Shown here: positions 1-12,103 of the stretch, piece by piece | How positions within the stretch are numbered: position 1 is the stretch's first letter | How the letters are laid out: every line of letters starts with the position of its first letter | Assembly: GCF_006345805.1 (NCBI RefSeq) | Contig: NC_042997.1 | Span: 170,004,001-170,068,000 of the forward strand | Reading direction: 5' to 3' | Length of the DNA: 64,000 nucleotides | DNA from: Octopus sinensis | Lineage: Eukaryota | Made by a program: the position numbers and the translations under genes | The notes under the pieces: model-generated | Databases searched by the model: none | Seen by the model: only the letters and a program-made list of their open reading frames with translations | What the model was told of the DNA's origin: nothing

Positions 1-780
1 CCATCCTTATATAATGCAAGGTAGTCTTGAATCTCCTCAATAGTAAGACACCTGTATTTCTCCCTCTATCATACTTTAGTCCCTCAACACCTGGCATAAA
101 GCCATCTCTCCTTCTTCCTCCTTTCTCAAATACACTTTCACTCAGTCAAAGGGGCTTTTTCTTTTCTTATCTTGCAAGTTAATTGGCAACATTACAAGTG
201 CCAGTGTCATGAAAAAAAGGCACCCAGTACATACTGCAAAGTTGTTGACATCAGGAAGAACATCTAGCCATAGAAGCCATACCCAAGCTGACTTTGGAAT
301 TCAATGCAGTCCTTCTGTTTATTAGATCTTGTCGAATCATCCAATCTCTGCTAGCATGGAAAACAGATGTTTGATGATGGTGATTGTGGTGGTGGTGGTG
401 GTGGTGATGGTGGTGTGTGTTTGCATAGTTCCTTTCTTTGGTCTGTATGCCTTAGGTTTCCAAGAGCACTTTGTAAAGTGGTTGGTAATAGGAAGGGCAT
501 TCAACAATGTAGACCAAGCAGGGATGAATTAATTGTACAAACACTACACTTTACAAGCAATATCTGCCAATAAGAAATGACATCGACTGTGACACTTGTC
601 CAAACTATGCTAGCATGAAAAGCTGATGTAAAATGATGATGATGATTACAATGATCTCTCTCTCTCTCTCTCTCAAGCTCTCTCTCTCTCATGCTCTCTC
701 TCTCACACATACACACACACACATCATTATCATCATTTAGACTTCATGTCATACTGGTATGGCTTATATATGTATATATA

Positions 781-1520
781 TATACTATACACAACTGAGG
801 ATGTCTGTCTGTAAGGGTATATCACTAAAACTTGAGAACTACCCAACCGATTTCATCTAAATTTTACACATACCTTACTTAGGGTGCATGGAATGTAATG
901 GGTGAAAGTATTTTCAACTTCTTGCCTAATGTGAGCTCAGAGCAATCTCTTATCTCTTACACTGTTTCGGTATCACATGTCAAAAGTGAAACAATAACAT
1001 CCCTATTGTAATGTAATATCATACTTTCACTATTATATGGTTTCAATTTCAATTACTTTCACTATGTATTTGTATATGTGTTTGTACGTATGTGTATATA
1101 TATATATATATATAATATCTACATAATAAACCTCAACATCTGTGTGTCTGTGCATCTAAAGGACGAAAGGGAATAGAAGATACATAAAAACAAAGCATGT
1201 GTTCTCATGTTAAATTTTACAAGAAAGATGATGAGCTACATAAAATTTACTTTCCATTGCAATTAGGGGGCTTAAAGTGGGGCAAACACCCCCTGTGAAA
1301 TTTCAAATATCTCCAATTTCAATGAAAATAACAACATAGCTACTAGGTACTAAATGAAGACGATTTCCAAAATTTCACCAATTTACAATATTATTTAATC
1401 CCCCTAATAGGGTTATAGCACAGGACAGAGCCCCTTTGAAAGTGCAAATGAATCCACTTTTCATGGAAGGTACATAAAATTTAAGTACGTGTTCTTGGAA
1501 TAAGTGTACTACAAAACTTC
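781..1520 (+). mobile_element. Two adjacent Helitron-like 5' fragments
   Basis: Starts tatactatacacaactgaggatgtctgtctg..caaccgatttcatctaaattttacaca and atctacataataaacctcaacatctgtgtgtctg; both resemble the 54410 5' end. Confidence 0.45.
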
Positions 1521-1528
1521 AACAATGC

Positions 1529-1572
<44 letters not shown>

Positions 1573-1904
1573 TATATATATATTTATATACATGTACATA
1601 TATGTATATATACATGTATATATATATATACATGTATATATACACACACACACATGTATATATAATAATAATATTAGGGAATAAATTATCATTCCAACCT
1701 TACAGGTAAAATTCAGTATAATAATATTAGACCGAATTTCGTAATATATAATATATGTATATAACTAATTTTATATAACTAAATTAGTTTTATACATGTA
1801 TGTATGTATATATATATATATAGCAAGAAGAAAATGGAGGGAATCCAGAGGTAGTATTCATCAGTTGTTAGATATTATAATATATTTATTTATTAAGTGC
1901 AGTT

Positions 1905-2026
1905 TCTTACAGCTGTTTCAGCCAAGAGGTCATAGTACCCCATATGTTATTTTCATCTTTTCAGTATATTATAAATCTGTAGATAAAATTAGGGTACTTA
2001 GGCATGCCTCTAGGCTTCGTCAGAGA
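1905..2026 (-). ncRNA. Type I hammerhead ribozyme motif with intact core and extended stem II (Penelope/retrozyme type)
   Basis: Minus strand reads UCU-CUGACGA-[AGCCuAGAGG CAU..AGUACCC..loop..GGGUACU AUG a CCUCUuGGCU]-GAAA-CAGCUG-UA^AGA. All catalytic core nucleotides are present and stem III is palindromic. Confidence 0.75.
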
Positions 2027-2148
2027 GTTTTTATAAGATAGTCCAAGAAGTTCATAGGGTTAATATATGGATATATAAATATACAAGGTTCGTCAGAGAG
2101 TTTTTTTTATATAAGATAGTCCAAGAAGTTCATAGAGCTAATTTATGC

Positions 2149-2224
<76 letters not shown>

Positions 2225-2345
2225 GATACCACCACGCTGAAAATAGCAGTCGAAACCTAACTCTAAAGCCACATTAAATGTTCATATAGCACTAGGAGAG
2301 AAGACAAAGCGACAAAATAAACTAGCAAAAAAATTACTGGATAAT

Positions 2346-2400
2346 TTCAGATTCTGGATTTCTGGCTTTGCATAAGAGATGCTCTGCCTTCTTCAGTGGA
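2346..2400 (-). ncRNA. Second hammerhead-like motif, partly degenerate
   Basis: Minus strand reads UCCA-CUGAAGA-a GGC aga GCAU cucuu AUGC aaa GCC a-GAAA-U CCAGA AUC^UGAA. Confidence 0.55.
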
Positions 2401-2837
2401 ATATACTCAGATGGTACATAAATACAAATATATGTATATACAACATACGATATACTTACATATATGAACGTCTGTATACACATATATATGCACGTGTGTA
2501 CACAACCAGTTTAAATTGCCCGCCCTAAAGCTCCTCGTGCGATATGGTCAGAATAAACACCGCAGTGAATATAATGATGAAATAAATATATAAATTTATA
2601 TAAATAAGGATAAGATCGATATTTAAATATTGATCTAAACAAGTGGCCAGCATGGGAATAAAAACCTTTCAAAGGTAATAATTATTTAAAATTATAATTT
2701 AGGGTATCTGAGAGATACCACCACGCTGAAAATAGCAGTCAAAACCTGACTCTAAAGCCACATTAAATGTTCATATAGCACTAGGCGAGAAGACAAAGAG
2801 ACAAAATAAACTAGCCAAAAAATTACTGGATAATATA

Positions 2838-3245
2838 TAGGTGCAGGTGTGGATGTTTGCTAAGAAGCTTGCTTCCCAACCACCCCGTTCTGGGTTCAGT
2901 CCTACTGAATGGCACCTTGAGCAAGTGTCTTCTACTATAGCCTGGGGCTGACCAAAGCCATATCAGTGGATTTGGTTGACGGAAACTGAAAGAAGTCTGT
3001 CCTATTTATATATATATACATATATTCATGTGTGTGTATTTGTGTCTGTGTTTGTTCCCCCACCACCACCATCGCTGAGAAACCGATGTTGGTATTTTTA
3101 CATCCCTGTAACTTGGCAGTTTAGCAGAAGATATTAATAGAATAAGAACCAAGCTTACAAAGAATAAGTCCAGAGGTCAATTTCTTCAACTATAAGGCAG
3201 TTCTCCAGCATGGCCACACTCAAATGACTGAAACAAGTAACAGAG
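2838..3245 (+). mobile_element. tRNA-derived SINE family 1 (representative copy)
   Basis: Head taagaagcttgcttcccaacca..gggttcagtcc, core ggcaccttgagcaagtgtcttctactatagcc, tail atgactgaaacaagtaa. Further copies near 5170, 11370, 12105, 20790, 21915, 23730, 27060, 27900, 28070, 33093, 43068, 45305-46020, 46300, 55270 and 55745. Confidence 0.85.
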
Positions 3246-3279
3246 TATATAAACAGTGTGTATGTATATATATATATAT

Positions 3280-4856
3280 GTTGGACAAAATAATGGAAAC
3301 ACCTTAAAATTTCTAACAAATTTATTTTAATATGGGGTAGGACTGTCTTTGGCATTGAATTCTATGAGCTATGGACTCATACAAAGTTTGAATTGTTTCC
3401 AAAGAAATTTTTGTCCATTCTTCAGCGTAAACAGTCTCCAGTTCTTTTACTGATGATGGTGGGGGATAACAACTCCTTACTTGTTTTTCTAAAATGCTGC
3501 ATAAATGTTCAGTAATATTGAGATCTGGAGATTGTGGTGGCCAGATAAGATGTTCAACTTCACTTGAATGTTCCTTGTGCCATTCAGTAACAACTTTAGC
3601 TGTGTGAATTGATGCATTATCTTCCTGAAAGATTGCATTTCCCTCTGGAAATAATGCTGCAACCATAGAATGAATTTGATCAGATAAAATGCTTAAATAG
3701 CTATTAATTCTGCCTTGAAGAGGAAGAATTGGACCAGCGGATTTCCAAGATATAGCCCCCCCAGATCATCAGAGATCCTCCTCCATGTTTAACAGTTGGA
3801 AGAAGGCAGTCCAGGTCAAATGCTTCTTTTGGCTGTCTCCACACATATACTCTGCCAGTGGTTGGAAATAAGGTAAAAGATGATTTGTCTGAGAAAATAA
3901 CATTCTTCCACTGCTTTAGGGACCAATTCTGTATGTTTTTACTCCACATAAATTTTTAGTTAAATATATTCAATGAGAATATTATATACTGAATTTATAT
4001 TGAGTGCTCTATTGTATTAAAGTATTAATACTATTAAAGTATTTATGTATTTAATACAGGCAATTATATATATTTTATATGATATATTATTATTAATATC
4101 AGGAAATCAATATTAAAAAATTCTTCAGAAAGATATATATGTGTGTAAAATAATTGTTTTATTAAATATATATATATATATATAAATATATGTAAATATG
4201 TATAAGTATAAATTTATAATAATGACATTTTAAAAGTTTCGAATTAAGTTTTTAAAGCATTTTACGATCGTTTTGCTTTTTACTCCACTCTAAACGCATT
4301 GCAGCGTTTGTTTTTGAAAGTAGTGGTTTTCTGATGTAGCCCTCCCATGAAATCCAGCTTTGTGCAGCTCCCGGTGAAAAGTTTTTGTGGAAACTGGGTT
4401 CTTGAGGTGGTCATTAAGCTCTGCAGTAATAATTCCAGGAGCTGTATTTTTGTGATCCTTTCTAACAATTTACATAAGAGTCTGACGGTCCCTATCTGAA
4501 AGTTTTGGTTTTCTTCCAGAGTTTTGTTTCGATGAGGAGGTTATTTTTCCTTTCTCAAAGGCTGTCATTACTTTTGAGAAGATACACCAGACATTTCAGC
4601 TGTTTTCATTACACTAGCGCCTGCCATACGAGCACCAATAATTTGGCCTCTTTGAAAGTCCGATAGATCTGTCATTTTAATGAATTTTAATTACCTTTTT
4701 CTGATGATATCTGAAAAGAAACAGCAATTTTAGCAAAACATATTAAACAAAACATATTAAACAACACTAATAATAAATAAAAAAAACATAAAAGTTTAAC
4801 AAGCCTATGACAGTTTTATAGATATTTCAAAATTATGATGCTATGATGCTAGGTGT
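3280..4856 (-). mobile_element. Decayed Tc1/mariner transposon; transposase pseudogene with DD36E spacing
   Basis: ATG at 4675 (MTDLSDFQRGQIIGARMAGASV), then VIFSD, PTVKHGGGS, FQEDNA and WPPQSPDLNITEH, broken by frameshifts. TIR GTTGGACAAAATAATGGAAACACCT at 3280 next to (TA)n. Confidence 0.93.
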
Positions 4857-6309
4857 GTGTGTGTGTGTGTGTGTAGAAATATGATACTTGGAAGGCTATT
4901 GAAGATTAAGTTGATGGCCATTGTACAGGTGTTCTTTAAATGTTATTCTTTAATTATCATTTATGTCAGGAACCTCACTAATCTGGGATTCGTTAATCCA
5001 GCAACTTCAATGACTCAGGATAATAATTTAAAGAAGACATTAGTTTGCAGGACAGCTGCTGTGTCACAGTGCAATCTTATGATCATGAGCTGAGTACCCT
5101 AACCACTTTGCCATGTGTCTTCACATATATGTGTGTGTGTGTGTGAATACAAACACACACACACACTGGGCTGATTTCAGTTCCAATAACCAGATCCACT
5201 CATAAGACTTTATCCCCACCAGGCTATAGTAGAAGACACTTTCCCAAGGTACCATACAATGAGACAGAACCTGGAACATGTATGGTCCCAAGATTGTCAG
5301 TTCGACATTTATTATCCAAGTAATTTCATTATAAATATTACTTTAGTGAACTTAGAAAAACTTTATTTAAAGAGCATTTTTTTCCTTAATAAATGAAGGT
5401 ATTTTTATGATATTGATACAGGTACTCAATAAAAATATGAACATCATATTGTCTACATGAAGTATTTATATTCCAATCTTCTCTAATGTTGTTTAGCCCA
5501 GGTCTGCCCTGATCAGATGACCCTATGATGAAATGCATGCTACCTGTGATTATTCTGTTTTTATAAAAACTGTTTTCTCCAGTAAAATATTATTCTATAT
5601 ATTTTTGTTTAAAGAAAAAAAACCATTAGAGTGTGATTTAAGAGAGCTTTGGCTGCTGTTTCTGGCAAATTTTCAATCCCATAAAGGTTCCTTCAGCTGT
5701 TTATTCTCAGTGTTGCTTGTAAAATTTGTTTTTGTAGCATAATGAAGCTTCTCTTGAAAAGCTGTCATTGTTTTGGAAATTATGATTATTGATATTGTAA
5801 AGATAATTAATTCCAAAGTGTAATCTGAAACAGCTTTCTTAAAATTGAAGAATAATTCTATTTGAACTAAAAGTGACTGGAACCATGTATACACACAGAC
5901 ATATTCTTACTTCAATACTAGGATAGTTCCTCCTCAATGCCAGCTGTGGAAATCCAGATGTGATTGTTTACACTTCAAACTAAATTGGGTTATTCACATG
6001 GAAACATGAACTTAGTTTAGCTTCATACCAGAGCTTTGCTCTTCATTTATTTATCTATTTATTTTACCTCTGTCAGAATTGGGTAGTTAGAATCAATGCT
6101 GAGGTTGACACCATTATGCCACTTATGTTGTTGTTGCTGTTGTTGTTGTTGTAGTTGCTATTGTCATTAGCAGTGTTATTTTTCACTTTGAAAATCAGTT
6201 TTAGATAACTATGCCAGAAAGAATATTACTGCTATTATTATTTAAAATAATAATAATAATAATTCATTCGTTTATTGGCCACAAGGACTAACAAAAATTA
6301 ATAATAATG

Positions 6310-6347
<38 letters not shown>

Positions 6348-8521
6348 TTGTTCGTTTATTGGCCCATAATATTAATTTCTAATATAGGCACAAGGCCTGG
6401 ATTTTTTGAACAGAGAGGGACAATCGTTCACATCGACCCCAGTATTTGACTGGTACTTAATTTGTCAACCCTGACCTTGGCAGAATTTGAACTTAGAATG
6501 TAGCGACTGGCAAAATGCTGCCAAGCATTTCGTGCAGCATGCTAACAATTCTGCCAGCTTGCTGCCTTATTTAAAATAATAACAACAATAATAATAATAA
6601 TAATAATCATCAGTGTTCTTCAGCACTGCTGAAATCTTGTTTGGAAAACTTTTTAAAAAATATAATAAATAAATAAGTAAATAAAAGCCACCTCAAACTT
6701 TAATATTAGAAGTGGGGAGGAAACTGGTGCTTATAACACACTGGTGAACTACTGTCAAATGTTTAGTGATATGTGAATGTAATCAGAGAAATTAAGTGAG
6801 AGAGCAGGGAAGTGGGCAAGGAAGTAAAAAAAAAAAAAGGCAAGCAGTCTATCTTGAATGTAATGCTCTAGCATGGCCTTTGTCATGATGGCTAAAATGA
6901 ACTTAAGAACCTAACTATCATTATGATATCTGAAAATGGTAAAGAAATGTTTGTGTAAATGTATATAGGTGTTTGTAAATGTGTGTACAGAGATGCACTG
7001 CTTGTAATATCAATATGCTTGAAAAGTTGGCTGCCAATCCAAAGCCAGTTTTTGTTTTATTCTCCCTGCCTTTCTTTTTCTTTTTCTTTCTTTTTTCCCC
7101 CTTTAATCACTAACTGTTCCTCTTTCCCCACACCTTATGTTCCTTCTATTATTGGGAAGAGAAAGGTAGTAACAAGGAACATACAGAAGTAACTTTTATG
7201 TGGCCCCTCTGATAACAACTCTTCCTTGTTTACATTTTCAACTTACTTACATTAAATACTAAGGTAGCTATAATTGTATGCACACTACGCTGTGTGTCCC
7301 CTTTTCTCCCTTATATTTAGTGTTTATCACATAAAAGTATTTTATTTTATGTTGTTCTTCCTTCATATTATTTTACAGCCCCAAATAAATGATCTATAAT
7401 AGAACATGATTTTAAGAATCATATCTACTTATATAAGACAGTATACAAGTAGATATAAGAAAATTCACTCTTTTTGTTTGCATTCTTTTTATATACCAAA
7501 TATTTTGCTTTTATTGTGATATTTTTTTTTACTGGTTTCACTAATTTAAAATGTGGTCATACAGGGGCACCTCTTACACCTCAGTACTTATTTCAGTTCA
7601 GTACTATTTTATCAATCTTTTTACCAAATACTTTAGTTACCTTTTGATGGAAAGAGATACAACATTATATACATGAACACATGCTCATGCACACACAGAC
7701 ACACACACACTGTGGGCTTCTACAGTTTCTTATTTCTTTATTGCCCACAAGGGGCTAAACACAGAGGGGACAAACAAGGACAGACAGAGGGATTAAGTCG
7801 ATTACATCGACCCCAGTGCATAACTGGTACTTATTTAATTGACCCCAAAAGGATGAAAGGCAAAGTCGACTTCGGTGGTATTTGAACTCAGAACGTAATG
7901 GCAGACGACATACTGTTAAGCATTTCACCCAGCGTGCTAACGTTTCTGCCAGCTTGCCACCTTTTTTGGGGGGAGCAACGTGAAATGAAGTGTTTTGCTC
8001 AAGAACACAACGCATTGCCCAGTCCAGGAATCGAAACCACAATCTTATGATCATGGTGTTGATAGAATAAGTTTAAGTACCAGTCAAGTACTGGAAGTTG
8101 ATATACTTGTGCCAATGTTAAAAATCAATAATACTGCCTAGTAAATATTAATGATATGGTTTCCTCTTTATTTGGAATTGAAATTCTATCTTAAACAGCT
8201 TGGAGGTGGAGATGGTTCAGTTATATTGATTACACTCATCATGTAAACAAAGTACTAAAGCTCCCATTTTACTAAAACAGGAATTGATTTCACCTAATTA
8301 AAACTCTGTTGTTCTTATAGATAATGCATTGGTGGATATCACACTATTGTATCTTCTTACAGATCAAATTAAATGTCTAAATCTGTGATTCTTAACCAAG
8401 GTTCATATAATCCTTGAGGATCCATATAATATGTTGTTAAAATTTGTCTGCAATAAATTGGTTATATTTCTACAATCTTAATTTTTTTACACAAGTTCTA
8501 ATAATATTTAATTATAAAATA

Positions 8522-9332
8522 CTAGCTTACAAGCCATACTCCGTGTGGACTTTTAAGCTAGCTGCTACAGAGGGCTAATTGGGCCTGCAGCGCAAAACCA
8601 AATAGAGCTGAATCAATAATACTGCCTAGTAAATAGTAATGATATGGTTTCCTCTTTATTTGAAATTGAAATTCTATCTTAAACAGCTACATCGGATATC
8701 CCAAACATACATATTGGAGACCACTGACTACAGGAGGTGGAGAAGTTTACCTATCTTGGCTCTACTATCACCTACAACCTATCTCTTGGTGTCGAGCTCA
8801 ATATACGCTTTGGCAAGGCAGCTGCTGTGATGGCTCAACTCTCCAAATGGGCATAGGACAACAATAAGCTGACCAAGACCACAAAAATTTAAGATTTACC
8901 AGGCATGTGTACTTAGCACTCTACTGTACGGCAGTGAAACCTGGACGCCATACACATGCCAAGAGCGTCGCCTAAATATCTTTCACTTGTGCTGCCTCCA
9001 GGAAATCCTTGCCATCAAATGACTATAATACATGTATAATGACTATATACCCTGGTGGTGTTTGATCAGAGGTTATGGACAGATGAGAATTAATTCTGTA
9101 ATGCAATCCTTCTGTTGTTCCAGTCCCTAGTTGAATTCCAACTATTGACCAATTTGTCCCAAAGTTATTTTGATGTAAAATTATCTCCCCCTTGATCTCT
9201 GACATCATCTGACAAATGCCAACCAAGCTGGTGTGAATCAGCCAAGCTTTACCTATTAGAAATAACAAATGCTTTTAAGTCAGATCCCAATGCTGGATAT
9301 TCAAGAATCAAATGAAGAGCAGATTTTCAATC
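8522..9332 (-). mobile_element. Helitron-like element (3' part), interrupted at 8611-9021; same family as 58388-58931
   Basis: Reverse-complement similarity to about 58495-58931, including the terminal CTAG^T. Confidence 0.75.
8686..9021 (+). repeat. Local duplicate of RTE segment 10239-10573
   Basis: About 20 differences in 335 bp by manual count; shares the same lesion (CCACTGACTACAGG). Confidence 0.9.
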
Positions 9333-9339
9333 CAACACT

Positions 9340-11120
9340 GCAAAAATGTTTTGCTGTTTCTATCAAGGTTGCCCTCAGTAGCTGCCCATCCTCCTCTGCT
9401 GAAAGTAGGTAGAATTATATCAGGGAAGCTTTGTATACCACATCAATAGATATTTTCAGCATGAGTGAAAGGCAAAACCCAGCTTGGTTCAGTGCTGGGC
9501 TCTCAGAGCTGGAACCAGTTATCAAAGCAAAGCATGGAATATCTCTTTACCATAGAATATCTCTTCTCAGTACTGTTGGAAAGACCTTTGCTCACGTTAT
9601 CCTGTCCAGACTACAACTGCTTGCTTCTCGAATTTATCCAGAATCACAGTGTAGCTTTAGAAGAAGCAGATCAACTATTGACACGATATTCCCCATATGC
9701 CAACTTCAGGAGAAGTCCAGAGAGCAGAAAATGCCATTATATATGGCCTTCATTGATGTGACAAAGGCCTTTGACTTGGTAAGTAGAAAAGGCTTCTTCA
9801 TCCTGCTCCAAAAAATCGGATGTCCACCAAAGCTGCTGAGGATCATCAAATCTTTCCATGATTATATTCAAGGCAACATACAGCTCAATGGTTCAACATC
9901 AGCCACCTTCCAAATAAAAAAATGGAGTAAAGCAAGGCTGTGTCCTTACTCCTACATTATTTGGCATCTTCTTCTCGCTGCTGCTGTCACATGCCTTTGA
10001 GACATCAGATGATGGAGTGTTTCTGCACAGAAGAAGTAACAGGAAACTGTTTAATCTCTTGCGTCTGTGTGCCAAGACCAAAATCAGAAGCATCCTGATC
10101 AAGGAGATACTCTTTGCTGATGATGCCGCTCTGGTATCACACACAGAAGAAGCCCTGCAAAGGCTCAACTGCTTTGAGCAAGCCTGTAGCGACTTTGGCA
10201 TAGTTATCAGCCTCAAGAAGACCAACATCATAGGTCAGGCTACATCAGATATCCCAAACATACATATTGGAGACCACTGACTACAGGAGGTGGAGAAGTT
10301 TACCTATCTTGGCTCTACCATCACCTGCAACCTATCTCTTGATGCCGAGCTCAATATACGCATTGGCAAGGCAGCTGCTGTGATGGCCCAAGTCTCCAAA
10401 TGAGCATGGGACAACAATAAGCTGACCAAGACCACAAAAATGAAGATTTACCAGGCATGTGTACTTAGCACTCTACTGTATGGCAGTGAAACCTGGACGC
10501 TATACACACGCCAAGAGCGTCACCTAAATATCTTTCACCTGTGTCGCCTCCAGAAAATCCTTGGCATCAAATGGCAGAATCATGTCCCCAACAAAAATGT
10601 CCTCAAGCAAGCAGGAATACCAAGCACGTTTGCACTCCTCACACAAAGACATATGAGATGGCTTGGACATGTTAGTCATATGGAAGATGGCAGAATCCCC
10701 AAGGACATACTCTATGGAGAGCTTGCTAGGAGCACTAGGTCTGTGAGAAGACCATTCTTATGATACAAGGATGTTTGTAAAAGGGACATGAAGGCCTGCG
10801 ATATCAATATTAGCAACTGGGAAGCAGTTGCCAGCAACTGTGGAGATTGGCAACACACCATAGAAGAGGGAATACAAAGGAGTGACAGAGGGAAAAAAGA
10901 GAAATGGAAAGATGAGAAAAGATGTCAACAAGAAACTATGACATTACAAGCCGCCAAGCAAAGTCTTCGCTACATTTGCAGCACCTGCCAGAGGGAGTGT
11001 TTGTCCAGGATAGGACTACACAGCCACAGCAGGAGATGTATTAGGACATGAACTGTAAAAACCAGACTAGATTATTTTATGCGCAACTCCATTGTCTCCT
11101 GAGACAAAAAGGGTGCCAAC
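9340..11120 (+). mobile_element. 5'-truncated, frameshifted RTE-clade LINE (RT plus C-terminal CxxC..H..C motif)
   Basis: Motifs ISLLSTVGK, PESQCSFR, FIDVTKAFD, GVKQGC, ILFADD, FTYLGS, LLYGSETW, WLGHV, RIPKDILYGEL and YICSTCQRECLSRIGLHSHSRRC. Left boundary approximate. Confidence 0.92.
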
Positions 11121-11687
11121 AATGTGTTGCATACTATGGCTGGCCATACCCCAAAAAATCACTTTATGATGTAACAAAAGGTATATGTCAGCATGACCAG
11201 CAAGCTCTCTGAACACCTGTTGCAAGTAGCATACATTGTTGTCACATCTGTGCAAAAGTAAATCCCTAGCAGGACTGAAGTGCCTCATCCATGTTGCACA
11301 GGTCTTCAAAAAACAATAAAACATTGCTCAAGATTGAAGTGCAGCCATTGGGCACAACTTTTTTAGATGCAGGTGTGACTGTGTGGTAAGACGCTTCCCA
11401 ACTGCATGGTTCCAGGTTCAATACTGCTGTATGGCAACATGGCAACTTGTGTCTTCTATAATAGAACCCTGGGTTGACCAAACCTTGAGTGGATTTGGTA
11501 GACAGAAACTGAAAGAAGCCCATTGTATGTGTGTGTGCGTTTGTCCCTCATCATTGTTCAACAACCAATGTTGATTTGTTTATGTCCCTATAACTTAGGA
11601 GTTTGGCAAAAAGAGCTTGATAGAATAAGTAGCAGGCTTTAAAAAATCAGTACTAGGATCAACTTGTGCAACCAGGATTCAACATAG

Positions 11688-12103
11688 GATCTATTGTTTA
11701 GGAAAATACTATTTACTTGTTTAAGGGTTGTACTGGATAAATTGTGAAAATAACTCTAACAGTTCAAATACTAAGAAATAAGCATACTCAATTTCATTTT
11801 TACCAAATAATTTAGGAAAATGAATGGGCTATTTCCCTTGGCTATATATAAGGACACCTTCCAGGAGCGAATGGGTTATTTCCCTTGGTTTTTAAAATAA
11901 AATATATTACATATATATAAGGATCCCTTCTAGGGGCCCTATTATCAATTTGTTTTCAACAATCTGAGTATGCCATGAGGTTTCCAGACAGGAGTTCTAT
12001 TCACATATCAAGTTTCTTCAAAATCCATAAAACGATATAGGAGGAGTTAGCTGACTGCTCCACAAACACACCCACAGACAGAATTTCCAACATATGTTGT
12101 AGA
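11688..12103 (-). mobile_element. Helitron-like 5' fragment related to the 54410 element
   Basis: Shares reverse-complement blocks (ccaagggaaataa; aacaagtaaatagtatt..cctaaacaatagatcc) with 54637-54735; A^TC start at 12103. Confidence 0.6.

Larger units (their letters stand above)
1675..2834 (-). mobile_element. Penelope-like pLTR / retrozyme-like remnants with internal direct repeats
   Basis: Direct repeats at about 2226-2344 and 2714-2834, tandem unit at 2016-2082 and 2089-2160, two hammerhead motifs, (TA)n flanks. Confidence 0.55.

Noticed and set aside
2016-2834. CRISPR-like array
   Set aside because: Eukaryotic context; only two copies per repeat and no regular spacers.
3948-4276. Spliceosomal intron in the Tc1 transposase
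   Set aside because: No GT..AG placement within the 12-bp duplication removes the insert exactly.
4701-4725. Plus-strand CTGATGA..GAAA as a hammerhead (also CTGAGGA near 31815)
   Set aside because: No proper stem II plus GAAA plus NUH and stem I arrangement.
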